Counted from the first letter of the stretch, positions 12,440-22,865 are shown. The stretch is DNA of 64,000 nucleotides from an uncultured delta proteobacterium (GCA_963808625.1 CAWEHK010000043.1:83405-147404); one strand, 5' to 3'. Translations and numbers: made by a program. The notes: generated from the sequence alone by a model not told the origin.

Positions 12440-13764
12440 CAGTGGTGTCCGGTTAGGTTTTTGCAATTAAGCTGTCTCCTCGCTGCTCTTTGAAATCCGA
12501 AGGAATCGGAGGTTTTTGTTGGGAATCGCGAAGCTCGTTCTGGATTCTTATGCGAGCTCTCTTACTCGCTTGATGCTGACCTTTTCCTGGTAGTGATTAT
12601 GACAATAGATGGCTAGCAGCAGATAGGTAATAAGTCCGGAGAGAATTTGCACCATCAACCCGTACTCTGTCCTTGCGATAAGGTGATAGACCTTCAGATG
12701 ACGTTTCCACCAGGCAAAAAACTTCTCGATTTGCCAACGCAGTTTATAGATAAAAGCGATCTGCTCGGCAAAGAGATCATGGCGATCGGTAGCCACCCAG
12801 TAGTCTACGTTATCGACACGGTATCCAACAAGGCGAACTTGCTTTTGTGTCTGGTTAATACCTGGAGTCCCGAGCAGAACGATAGCATCGTAGAAGACGA
12901 TGCTGTTGGTTGGGACCGAGTTCATTTGAATGCAAGTTTTCTTGGTATTTGCCTTGATACGGCAGACAAAGTGCTTGCCGTCGGTTTGCCATTGATCAAA
13001 GCTTTTGTGGCACTGATAGCCCCGGTCCATGACACCAGTCTGGCCAGGTGAGAGGATCATGGCAACAAAGGGGCGCTCACCCTCCTTACCGTCGGTGAGA
13101 AAGATTTTGGAGGGAATACCACGATTGATGTCAAAGCCAACATGGACTTTAGCTTTCTTTGAACCGTCCCGGTAGTCAGCCCAGTACATAGAGAGGACAG
13201 CCTGGATGAGCGAGCCGTCAATGCCCACCAGTTCACCAAGTTCGGTGTGCTGGGCGGGTAAAACATTAGAGGCTTGGTTCTGAAGTTGCTGGTACACGTG
13301 ACCAAGCTGTTCAAGACCGCGATTGTTAATGGCCTCGAAAAAACTGCTCTTCTGGATGCCATCGGGAGGCGCAATGTGATTGCGGGCGAAGTCATCCTCT
13401 TCAAGAGCCTGGATTAGATGCCGCCCAGAGGTGTGTTCCTCGAGATGAAAGTAAACCAATGCTTTGAGTTGTTGTTCGAAGTTCATCTGCAAGGGTCGGT
13501 TCCCTCTTGCCACCAGGGGATTAGCGGTAGCAAGGGTGATTTCAGTTGGTTTGAAGAGCTCATCAAAACTCGGCGTAGCGTACTTACGGTCGTAAGGGTG
13601 GAATGTCTTCGGCATTTTCGTAACTCCTTAGAAATATAGGATTTTCCGAAAATGGCCGCGACCCACACCTTAATTGAAATGTCAAGTAAAAAAGTGACTC
13701 AACCTGTTGTTTTTTGACATTTTTTACACCTTATCATATGCAATTTCTTAACCGGACATCACTG
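12440..13764 (-). mobile_element. IS4-family insertion sequence, 1325 bp
   Basis: Terminal inverted repeats CAGTGGTGTCCGGTTA / TAACCGGACATCACTG; 9-bp target duplication ACCGTCGGT at 12431-12439 and 13765-13773. Confidence 0.92.
12548..13615 (-). CDS. IS4-family DDE transposase (probable frameshift near the 3' end; true stop likely about 12453)
   Basis: GIDGS, MDRGY and YKLRWQIEKFF (YREK-like) motifs. Confidence 0.9.
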   Translation of the reverse strand: MPKTFHPYDRKYATPSFDELFKPTEITLATANPLVARGNRPLQMNFEQQLKALVYFHLEEHTSGRHLIQALEEDDFARNHIAPPDGIQKSSFFEAINNRGLEQLGHVYQQLQNQASNVLPAQHTELGELVGIDGSLIQAVLSMYWADYRDGSKKAKVHVGFDINRGIPSKIFLTDGKEGERPFVAMILSPGQTGVMDRGYQCHKSFDQWQTDGKHFVCRIKANTKKTCIQMNSVPTNSIVFYDAIVLLGTPGINQTQKQVRLVGYRVDNVDYWVATDRHDLFAEQIAFIYKLRWQIEKFFAWWKRHLKVYHLIARTEYGLMVQILSGLITYLLLAIYCHNHYQEKVSIKRVRELA

Positions 13765-13993
13765 ACCGTCGGTATGATTTATGTAACCCCTTCAGGGTAG
13801 ATATCCTTATTGCGCCCGGTTCCCAGGGTGGCGCTATCGCTGACCCTGGGCTCATTTATGGAGCCCCTTCAGGGCAAAAAAGACAGCTTGATGCCTATGC
13901 GGACACCCCCTTTGGACTCCCCCGCCCATTCTCGCACAAGTTCCATCACTCGTGTTCAAGATTACATTTTCCAGGATCCAGAGTCCAGAGTTT

Positions 13994-16900
13994 TCAGAGT
14001 TCAGAGGTAGAGGGAGGGGACGCCACCACCCGAAACCCGATAAGCCTGAACCAGTCGTTCGGGGAGTTCCTGAAGCGAGCCGCACAGCGCACATAGTTCG
14101 CACTGAGGTCGAACGCGCCGCCGCGCAACACACGGCAAACCTCCTCCGACGCATCCAGATTCTCCCTCCCGTCCCCTACAACATAAGGATATTTAAACTC
14201 AGACTTCTCCCAGTCCTTACCCCACAGGCTCCTGGTCCACTCCCACACATTCCCAGCCATATCAAGGCAACCATAGGGGCTGGCTCCACCAGGGAAAATG
14301 CCTACCGGAGTAGTATCCTCCAATTCAAGTTCCCGAAGAGTTGCACCGCACCGCATCGAACTGGTCTCCCCAAGGGTAATTGGGGGCGTCCCCATCGCCT
14401 CGCGCTGCCTTTTCCCACTCCGCTTCACTTGGCAGAATGACGTGTTGTCGTGTCATCTCGCTCAGCCAGCGACAATACGACATGGAGTCATGCCAAGTAA
14501 CTCCGGTCACAGGATGGCTCTCCCGACCTCTGGGAGGATGTGCTTCCTCCCAACCCCCCGGTGCAGTATGACCCGTTGCCTGGACGAACAAATAGTACTG
14601 AGCATTCGTTATCGGCACCCGTGAAATGCGAAAAGCCTCCAGGTGGACTTGGTGTCTTGGTCTTTCATGGGTGGAGTGCTCATCACTGCCCATCCAGAAC
14701 TTCCCCGCCGGAACAAGGACCCACTCAGGCTGCCCATACGGCGGAGACCAGAGACGATTCCCACCGATTCGAGCCAGAGCTCTTACCGCCGCACTCCGGC
14801 GCTCGGCCAGGGCTTTCGCGCTCATCCCCCGTGATAGAAGAGTGAGAACCGATTTGAACCGTCCTCGAGGCGGAGGAGTGTCCAATTCCTTTCTCAGCTG
14901 TTTCTGAACTTCACTCTCCAGGTTTCCCTGAACCCTATTGCTTCCTACATCCAAGAGGCATTCGGCGGCGAGCACCAGATTATGATACAGCTCCTCTTCC
15001 TGTTGCAAGTCAGCGATGGCCTGTATCAATCGGGTGACCCGCTCTTTCCCATGGGTGCTGAGATACCCGGCTTCGAGCAGAATCACCTCTCGCCACCAGG
15101 GATCCGGCACACGATCAAGTGTGTAAGCGACATAATCGTCACGGCACGCTACAGCCAGCGCTGTCAGGTACTCCTGAAAGGTGAGATGAGAGAAGCCGTA
15201 GGCCCCCTCTCCGCGAGCCACCAGCAGCCCGGTGCGCTCCTCAATGATCTTCAAAAATCCGTCAACAGCCTTGTTGACCTTCTTCTGATCGCCCAAATCA
15301 TCGAGAAACAATTCAGCCAGAATGGTCTTCAGGTCCTCCAGGGAAATCTCTTTGAGTTGCCTCTCATGCATGGTGAGCGCAAGGGTTTGCAGCATGACGC
15401 GTTTGTCGCCTATATCAAAGGTCTTTCCTTCCAGCACAGGGACCTCTCGTATCCCTCTGGCCTCATCCCATTTCCCTAAAAGGACATCGACCGCCTCAGC
15501 ATAGAGCTCTGCGCGGCGGTCGGGGAGTTGCACGCGATCTCGATGGACCATGGCGATGACCGTCAACATGAGGGGATTGATGGCCAGTTCACGAATTCGT
15601 GAGTTATCCTGGATGGCTTTCATCAGCTGTCGGGTTTGCTTAGCAGCATACGACTCCGCAGTCAGGCCAGGCCCCATTAGCCCAATGGCCACCATGCGAT
15701 GCCAGTTGGTCAGGAACTGCTCGACATCGCCCACGGTGAAATCACGGACCGTCGTCGTGGTAAAGGCTTCCCCCAGGCAGGCTGGGCCGGTATAGCCAAC
15801 AATGCGGCAAGTCACCACGTAGCGGCATTTATCGTAAGCTCTGACAAAGCTTTCCACCAGTCGCGACACCCGTTGCCGCAAATCAGGATCGGCGACTTCG
15901 TCCAGGCCGTCCAACAAGACAACAGCCTTGCCATCGTTCAACCATTCGTCAAAGAAATCCAAGGGCAATACGATGCGTTCTTCTTTTAGCGAGCCAAACA
16001 GGAAATTCAGCAGCCGCGCATGGCCCTCTGTCCCGTCATCGACGGAATGATGGGAGCGCAGAAATGACCCGATCTTTCTCAGCGGCAGGAGGATCGGCAA
16101 TCTTCCGCTCTCATCCAGGCCAAGCTCTTCCCGGGCCAGGGAGGTACTCTCGGCAAGGTCTTTTGCATAGAGCAGGGCGACATAGCGCAAGAGGGTAGTC
16201 TTGCCGCTCCCCGGATCACCCAATACAACCAGGCGTGGGTTCGCAGCCAGAGCTTCCTCAACTTTGACCGTGACCGTTTCCGTCACGGGCGCTCCTTGCT
16301 GGTGCAGGCGATGCCTTTCGCCAGGGGCCAACATCAATTCCTCTGCAAGCCATCTCTCCTTTTCCTCGGCGGCTTGACGACGCGTGGCCCGCAGCCTTAC
16401 ATAGATGCGATCGAGCTCAATATGGACCAGCTTCCCGCCAGAACGTATCCCCTGCAACTGGAGGTACCGGTTGAGACTGATCACATGGGTCAGATAACGC
16501 CCCATGGCGGAGGCGCGTTCCACGGCAGACATGGCGATAGGCACTTCACCCGCGTAGACCGTTGCCCCATCTTTCGCAATGATTACATGCCCCGACACAT
16601 TGCCGCCCACCGCCGCACCGCCTTGGCCTGCCGCGATTCCTCTTTTGGTTGCTGCGGCACCGGACCCGGTGACAATGAGGTTATCGCCCCCCTCGTGTTC
16701 AGCGGCTTTGAGCAATTCGGCGAGTTCGCCCGCAAAAGCGGCATCCGACGCGATCAGTTTGCGCAACTCTTTGCGGAACGAGGCTTCATTGTCCTGGTCT
16801 TCGGGGTTGGCAACGAGGTTCTTTACCGCCTCTTCCGCTGGCGCCTTGCCCCTGAACCTAGCCGTGATCGCATGCCACACTTTGCCAACCTGCTCGGGCA

Positions 16901-17006
16901 GTTTCCTGCCCACTTCCTCGGCCGCTTTCTCGCCTGCCTTGGTGAGGTAGGGGATGAGCAAGGCCGTGGCCGACGATGCAATTGATGCAATGGTAACCGG
17001 GTCCAT
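13994..17006 (-). CDS. DGR target 2: helical N-terminal domain + Gly-rich motif - NACHT NTPase - FGE-sulfatase (CLec), apparent frameshift near 14333
   Basis: ATG at 17006 with [72 protein letters not shown]...GFRVV. Confidence 0.88.
14018..14137 (-). repeat. DGR variable repeat VR2
   Basis: 120-nt ungapped match to TR; 15 mismatches at TR adenines plus 2 C-to-T changes (one synonymous, one at the boundary); encodes [40 protein letters not shown]. Confidence 0.93.
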
Positions 17007-17560
17007 GGTTTTCTCCTTTGGCTCCCGACAATGTGATCGTGCCATTGAGTTAGAGGACCCATCAATCCTCGTCTTTGACATTTACCACTTGGATGCTGCC
17101 GTGCACATCCCCTTTGACCGCAATGCCACCCTTCCCGGCCGCGACTCCTCCTTTGGTCGCTGCGGCGCCGGACCCGGTCACAATGAGGGTATCGCTCGCC
17201 TCGTCCTGAGCGGCTTTGAGCAATTCGGCAAGTTCGCCGGCAAAAGCAGTATCCGACGCGATCAGTTTGCGCAACTCTTTGCGGAATGAGGCCTCGTTGT
17301 CCCGGTCTTCGGGGTTGGCGACGAGGTCTCTTACCGCCTCTTCGGCCGGGGCTTTGCCCCTGAACCTGGCGGTGATGGCATGCCACATTTTACCAGCCTT
17401 CTCGGGCAGTTTCCTGCCCACTTCCTCGGCCGCTTTCTCGCCTGCCTTGGTGAGATAGGGTACGAGCAGGGCCGTGGCCGATGATGCAATTGTCGCAATG
17501 GTAACCGGGTCCATGGTTTCCTCCTTTGGCTCCCGCCAGGGTAATTGTGCCATTGAGTTA
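16590..17560. repeat. Tandem duplication, 508-bp period, including RBS and upstream sequence
   Basis: About 16590-17052 repeats at about 17098-17560; the first 102 aa of the two products differ at 9 positions. Confidence 0.9.
17062..17514 (-). CDS. 150-aa helical (Bell-like) protein with C-terminal Gly-rich, amyloid-like motif
   Basis: MDPVTIATIASSATALLVPYL...WHAITARF...FAGELAELL followed by GSGAAATKGGVAAGKGGIAVKGDVHGSIQV; AAGGAGG RBS. The ORF is solid; the family call is by resemblance. Confidence 0.7.
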   Translation of the reverse strand: MDPVTIATIASSATALLVPYLTKAGEKAAEEVGRKLPEKAGKMWHAITARFRGKAPAEEAVRDLVANPEDRDNEASFRKELRKLIASDTAFAGELAELLKAAQDEASDTLIVTGSGAAATKGGVAAGKGGIAVKGDVHGSIQVVNVKDED

Positions 17561-17642
17561 AGAAGAAAGTTGGCTATACTTTAGCTTCCTTCACGGAAGG
17601 CGATGGAGAACTATTATGACCTATTAAGCGAGAAATGTGCCC

Positions 17643-18422
17643 ATGAAGATTCGCCTGTTTCAGATCGATGCGTTTACCGACACGCTGTTCAAGGGCAATC
17701 CGGCGGCGGTGTGCCCGTTGGATAGCTGGCTCGATGATGCTACCCTCCAGGCCATTGCCGCCGAGAACAATCTCTCGGAAACGGCCTACTTCGTTAAGCG
17801 GTCGGATCACTACAAACTGCGGTGGTTCACTCCGAAAGCCGAAGTGGACCTCTGCGGCCATGCGACGCTGGCCTCAGCTCACGTCATCCTCACCTTCCTT
17901 GACCCGGAGAGCGACGCCGTCCAATTCCAGACGAAGAGCGGCGAGCTTTCGGTCGAGCGACGGGGAGAGCTCCTGGCGATGACGTTTCCGGCCCGCCCGG
18001 GCGCCCCCTGCAAAGCTCCGGAAAGCCTTGTCGAGGCCCTGGGAATGGCACCGAGCGAGTGTTTTCTGGCGCGGGACTACCTGGCGGTCTTCGCGTCGGA
18101 AGCAAGCGTCAAAGCCATCGCCCCCCGAATGGACAAACTGGCCGCCCTGGACTGCCTGGGAGTCATCGTCTCTGCTCCCGGCACGCAATCGGATTTTGTG
18201 TCGCGCTTTTTCGCTCCGAAAGTCGGCATACCCGAAGACCCGGTGACGGGATCGGCTCATTGCACCCTGATTCCCTACTGGGCGGCCAGACTCGGCAAGA
18301 AGAAACTCCACGCGCTGCAGTTGTCCGCACGCGGCGGTGAACTCTTTTGCGAACATCTGGATGACAAGGTCGGCATCGCGGGCCGAGCGGTTACCTATCT
18401 CGAAGGAACCATCGATGTTTAG
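17643..18422 (+). CDS. PhzF-family isomerase/epimerase
   Basis: QIDAFT...GNPAAV, NLSETAY, LRWFTP..EVDLCGHATLA, EDPVTGSAH. Confidence 0.92.
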   Translation: MKIRLFQIDAFTDTLFKGNPAAVCPLDSWLDDATLQAIAAENNLSETAYFVKRSDHYKLRWFTPKAEVDLCGHATLASAHVILTFLDPESDAVQFQTKSGELSVERRGELLAMTFPARPGAPCKAPESLVEALGMAPSECFLARDYLAVFASEASVKAIAPRMDKLAALDCLGVIVSAPGTQSDFVSRFFAPKVGIPEDPVTGSAHCTLIPYWAARLGKKKLHALQLSARGGELFCEHLDDKVGIAGRAVTYLEGTIDV

Positions 18423-18522
18423 CGGTGCCTCATGGGCCGGTTGCGCCGTCTTTTGCTGCCGGCCCCTGGGACCTGGCAGGGCGTTGAAAACCTTCTGCCA
18501 ACGTCACCCCGGTGGAAGCTTA

Positions 18523-18739
18523 TAGGCGTCAACTTACGAGGACCTGTAATTACTTTCAGATGCTTACGGCTTTAGCTGCTGGCCGCCGATCGTCACCCCC
18601 GCATGTTCCCAGCGGGGGTCCAGGGGTTTGAAGGACCTTGCTGGATTCCCGCTGAAAGCAATGCGGGAATGACGTTCGGGAGCTTTTCGGGCCCTGTAAG
18701 CATTCAGTAGTACCTGGAAAACCCTTAAGTTGACGCCTA
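18523..18739. mobile_element. MITE-like element with REP cargo
   Basis: 14-bp perfect terminal inverted repeat TAGGCGTCAACTTA / TAAGTTGACGCCTA enclosing CGTCACCCCCGC...GCGGGAATGACG palindromes. Confidence 0.6.
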
Positions 18740-18912
18740 AGTGCGGAAGCCGGGGTCAAGAAAGCCTTGCAGAGCCTAGATTCCGGTTTTCACCGGAATG
18801 ACGAACAGGGCCTCTGAAACGCTTTTTTAACAGTCTGCCAGTCGCCATGGTTAGTGGTTGATGGTTGGCGACTCGGAGTCAAAAGCTCTTGCGGCGCTTT
18901 TTCACAAATCTG

Positions 18913-19200
18913 CTAGTCGCCTTCGAGCTTAAGGCCTTCGGGCGTTACTACTACCGCAGTCAACCCCATCTCACGAAGGTGTTCGGCGAGCGTGAACTCT
19001 TCCAGGGTAGCCGGAATTTGCTCGGCATGGCAGAAACTGAGGAAAGCCTCAACCACTATAGCCCGATGGGATTTTCCCTCGTGGCGGACGTGGAAAACGT
19101 GAATTCGCTCTCGGGGCTCGTATTTCATCTCTACCTCCGAACCCGGGAATTCGCTTTGCAGATAATCCTGAACGGCATCCAACTTTTCCTGGTCACTCAT
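18913..19200 (-). CDS. Hypothetical protein
   Basis: 95-aa ORF with AAGGAG RBS. Confidence 0.6.
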   Translation of the reverse strand: MSDQEKLDAVQDYLQSEFPGSEVEMKYEPRERIHVFHVRHEGKSHRAIVVEAFLSFCHAEQIPATLEEFTLAEHLREMGLTAVVVTPEGLKLEGD

Positions 19201-19214
19201 GGTAGGCTCCTTGC

Positions 19215-19328
19215 TGGCGGTTGGTGGTTAGCTGTTAGCTCTTGGCTGTTGGCTGTTGGCTCTTGGCTCTTAGCTCTTAGCTCTTGGGTGTTGGGTGTTG
19301 GGTGTTGGGTGTTGGCTGTTGGCTGTTA
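19215..19328. repeat. Degenerate heptamer tandem repeat (GGCTGTT/GCTCTTA/GGGTGTT)
   Basis: 7-nt periodicity visible in sequence. Confidence 0.85.
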
Positions 19329-19518
19329 TCAGAAAACGATGGACATAGCAACTCGGGCGCGGACATTTTTCTCAGGATGTATAATCGTTAGGCTAGAAAT
19401 CTGCTTTCTGTAGGAGCGGCACTTTGCCGCGACCTTGATGAAGTTGCGCCTAAGAGGCGCTCCTACAGAAAGGTGGTGGTTTTGGCAAAGTGAGAGATCG
19501 CTGCCTTAACCGGTATAG

Positions 19519-19628
19519 CACTCGTCACTCATTACTCGTCACTCATGGCTCATTACTCATGACTCATTACTCGTCACTCATCACTCATCACTCGTCACTC
19601 ATCACTCATCACTCATCACTCATCACTC
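19519..19628. repeat. Heptamer tandem repeat (CACTCAT)
   Basis: 7-nt periodicity directly upstream of the MBOAT start codon. Confidence 0.85.
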
Positions 19629-19643
19629 AACAAGATTTTTGAC

Positions 19644-21156
19644 ATGATCTTCAGTTCCGTAATCTTCCTTTTCTTCTTTCTGCCCTGTGTTTGGGCCGTC
19701 TATTACCTGTCCTGGAAGAAAGCGCACGACTTTGCCCTGCTTCTGGCAAGCCTGGTCTTCTATGCATGGGGCGGAAGAGAGCAGGTTTTGGTACTGCTTT
19801 TCTCCATTCTTGTAAACTACCTTGTAGGTTTATCTTTTCTCATCGTCGACCGCGTAGCCGTGGAGAGAAGAACCAGGCTCAATCCTGGCAGCGCCACCCC
19901 GTCGCAGGCCAGTGTTTCCAGTCCGAGAAAACTGCTTTTCATCCTTGGAATTACGTCTAACCTGGCGCTGCTCACCGGGTACAAGTACCTCAACTTCCTG
20001 GTCGCCAACCTCAACCTGTCACTTGGATGGCTCGACTTCGGACCGATTGCCCTTGATCAGGTCGTTGCTCCGCTGGGGATTTCCTTCTTTACCTTTCATG
20101 CTCTGTCATATCTGGTCGAAACCTACCAATTCAAAGCGGCGCCTCAAAGGAACCCACTCAAATTCGCGCTCTACCTCGCAGTCTTCCCGAAGGTCCTGGC
20201 CGGACCCATTCTAAGATACCACGATGCAGAAAACCAGCTTACAGAAAGACGCATCACCTCCCGGGCGTTCTCGATCGGAATCGAGCGTTTTATCATCGGC
20301 CTCGGGAAAGAAGGTGCTCATCGCCAATCCCCTGGCTGCCGTGGTCGACAAGATCTTTGCGATACCCGCGGGCGAGCTGGGCTTTGATGTTGCCTGGCTC
20401 GGCCTGGTCTGCTTCACGCTCCAGATCTACTTCGATTTTTCCGGATATACCGACATGGCCATCGGGCTCGGCAAGACTTTTGGTTTCGAGTTCCCCGAAA
20501 ATTTCAACTACCCTTACCTTTCCCAGTCCGTCCAGGAATTCTGGAGGAGATGGCACATCTCGCTTTCCGTCTGGTTCCGGGATTACCTTTACATTCCTCT
20601 TGGCGGAAACCGGTGTTCTCCGGCAAAGCACTATCGCAACCTCATCGTCGTCTTTCTGCTCTGCGGCCTCTGGCATGGCGCGAGCTGGAATTTCATCATC
20701 TGGGGGCTGTGGTACGGCTTGTTCCTGGTCCTCGAAAGGCTCGAAATCGGCAGCCGGCTTCGAGCCGCCTGGCGCCCCGTGCGGCATCTGTATGCGCTGG
20801 GGGTGATCATGATCGGCTGGGTACTGTTCCGAACCGACGATCTTTCCCATGCGCTATACTATCTTCGAGCCCTGTCAGGATTGAACGGGGCCGGCAGCGG
20901 ACAATACTATCCGGACCAGTACCTTGACAACGAAGTAGGCCTTATTTTGATCGTTGGAGGAATGGCGGCGCTGCCCCTGGCGACGTTCCTGAAGAAACTG
21001 AGCGGCGGCTTTGGGGGAAGCCCCTGGGCACGGCACCGGGCAGTAACGTATGGAATTTCAGCAGTCCACATTGCCTTTTTGGGCCTTTTGTTTGTATTAT
21101 CCTGTTCGGCGGTAGCCGTGGGCACATACAATCCGTTTATCTACTTCAAGTTCTAG
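19644..21156 (+). CDS. MBOAT-family O-acyltransferase (AlgI/DltB-like), frameshift near 20310
   Basis: MIFSSVIFLFFFLP, PLGISFFTF, LAGPILRY, QIYFDFSGYTDMAIG, FWRRWHISLS, GLWHGA, NPFIYFKF. Confidence 0.92.
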
Positions 21157-21334
21157 CCCGCGTCCGATCCACCGAATATCGAATGTCGAACAAGGAACCG
21201 CAGAATATCGAAGGAGAACAGGGAAGAGGGTACTTCATCATTCGAAATTCCTTGTTCGATATTCGATATTCGTTTTTTTCATCGAGGACATGCTTCTGGG
21301 ATGAACATTAGCCGACAAGACTGGAACAGAGCAT

Positions 21335-22447
21335 ATGGTTGCGAGAATTAGGGACTGGCGCCTGCTGTTGATTATTGCTTTCGTCGGCGTGCTCTGCCTG
21401 CCGCTTTTGCAGATGCAGCTGCGCTTCTTCCCCGAACCGGAAAACACCGAAAATCGGGAACTGGCCCAGGCGCCCGCCGGGGATTATGCGTCCTTTGCTG
21501 AATTTGCCGACGGCTGGGAGCGATACGCGGTCGATAATTTTGGCTTTCGTCCTTACCTGATTCGCTGGAACAGCCTTTTGAAGCTGACCCTGCTTGGGGT
21601 TTCCCCCGTTCCGAGCGTGATTCTCGGCAAGGATTCCTGGCTCTTCTACCATTCCGAAGCCCTGGCCGACGGCAACACCATTAATGACTTCCGAGGGACC
21701 ATTCCGTTAACGCAGGCAGAGCTGGATAAGCTCCAGAGGCGGCTCGAAGCAAACCAACGGGCGTTTGCGCGGAGAAACATCGCCTACCTGGTGGCGATTG
21801 TCCCAAACAAGAGCACCATCTACAGTGAATACCTGCCGGACAACATCAGGACCTTTCGGAACACCACCCGCCTCGACCAACTGCTCGACCACATGCATCA
21901 GCGTTCGCCGGTGAAGGTCCTTGACCTCCGGGACGCCCTCTTCCGGGCCAAGAGCGAACACCCGGTCTACTGGAAAACCGATTCCCACTGGAACAGCTAT
22001 GGGGCTTACATCGGCTACGCGGAGATCATGCGGCGCCTGTCCGCTTATCTTCCGGCGCTTGCCGCCGCCCCGATCACCGGCGCCGAGGTAAAGACGGAAC
22101 GCTCCCCGACCGGCGGCGATCTGGCGCAAATGCTCTTCCTGCAGGACGCCCTGGCGGAAGAAAACGACACCCGCTTCAGCCTGGACAACGCCCCCGGCCG
22201 GCCTGTGATGGGGACCCTGATCTTCCGCCACGACTCCTTCGGCGATGGGCTCTACCCTTATCTCCGTCGCCACTTCAAGGAACTGGCCAACATTGCGCCG
22301 TTTGCACCCTATCGTTTCGAAGCCATCTTCGCCAAGCGCCCGCAGGCGGTGCTCCATGTCTTCGCCGAACGCTATATCACCCAGGCCATCCATGACGACT
22401 TCTTCTATGAAGCAGGAGATCAGCCTCAAAATCAGCACCCATCGTGA
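21335..22447 (+). CDS. AlgJ/AlgX-like polysaccharide O-acetyltransferase
   Basis: N-terminal anchor, ENRELA, DNFGFR, GKDSWLF, KTDSHWN, DSF; adjacent to the MBOAT gene. Confidence 0.85.
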   Translation: MVARIRDWRLLLIIAFVGVLCLPLLQMQLRFFPEPENTENRELAQAPAGDYASFAEFADGWERYAVDNFGFRPYLIRWNSLLKLTLLGVSPVPSVILGKDSWLFYHSEALADGNTINDFRGTIPLTQAELDKLQRRLEANQRAFARRNIAYLVAIVPNKSTIYSEYLPDNIRTFRNTTRLDQLLDHMHQRSPVKVLDLRDALFRAKSEHPVYWKTDSHWNSYGAYIGYAEIMRRLSAYLPALAAAPITGAEVKTERSPTGGDLAQMLFLQDALAEENDTRFSLDNAPGRPVMGTLIFRHDSFGDGLYPYLRRHFKELANIAPFAPYRFEAIFAKRPQAVLHVFAERYITQAIHDDFFYEAGDQPQNQHPS

Positions 22448-22466
22448 GAATGGTGACGATATCATC

Positions 22467-22865
22467 TCACCGGAGACTACGAACATATTGATATGATAAG
22501 ATTCTTGCATCTCTTGTGAGGATCGTGGCGTCTTCTTCGCGGGCAGTTGCAACGATAATCTGATCCGCTGGATCGTTATGGAACGGTTGTGGAAGGTTGG
22601 TTGATCGATAGGCTATGGTTGGGGACAAGGGAACCAGCCTTAGCTTGGGCATATCAAGGGCCAAATCGATCCAGTCTTCAGGATTATTTGAAATACCGAG
22701 CCTGCCTTTTTCGAGCAGCTTGCTGAATTCCCACGGGGAGATCGCTGACAGGAGCAATTCACTGTATTTGGTTATATCACCTATGAGGGAGGTCACTTGT
22801 TCTGAGAGATTCTGCGGACGCATATGCCACCATATCCAGATATGCGTATCGAGTAGATACTTCAT
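22467..22865 (-). CDS. vapC: PIN-domain (VapC) toxin
   Basis: YLLDTHIWIW, SAISPWE, HNDPADQIIVATA, LTRD. Confidence 0.9.
   Translation of the reverse strand: MKYLLDTHIWIWWHMRPQNLSEQVTSLIGDITKYSELLLSAISPWEFSKLLEKGRLGISNNPEDWIDLALDMPKLRLVPLSPTIAYRSTNLPQPFHNDPADQIIVATAREEDATILTRDARILSYQYVRSLR

Larger units (their letters stand above)
12324..13876. repeat. Palindromic dispersed repeat (copy 2), split at its centre by the IS4 element
   Basis: Left half 12324-12430 and right half 13774-13876 join into the same element seen at 3852-4068. Confidence 0.85.
6151..17006 (-). mobile_element. Diversity-generating retroelement locus: target 2 - avd - TR - RT - target 1
   Basis: Co-oriented avd, TR and DGR-type RT, plus two FGE-sulfatase-ended genes whose 3' ends match TR with almost exclusively adenine-position mismatches. 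Confidence 0.95.
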
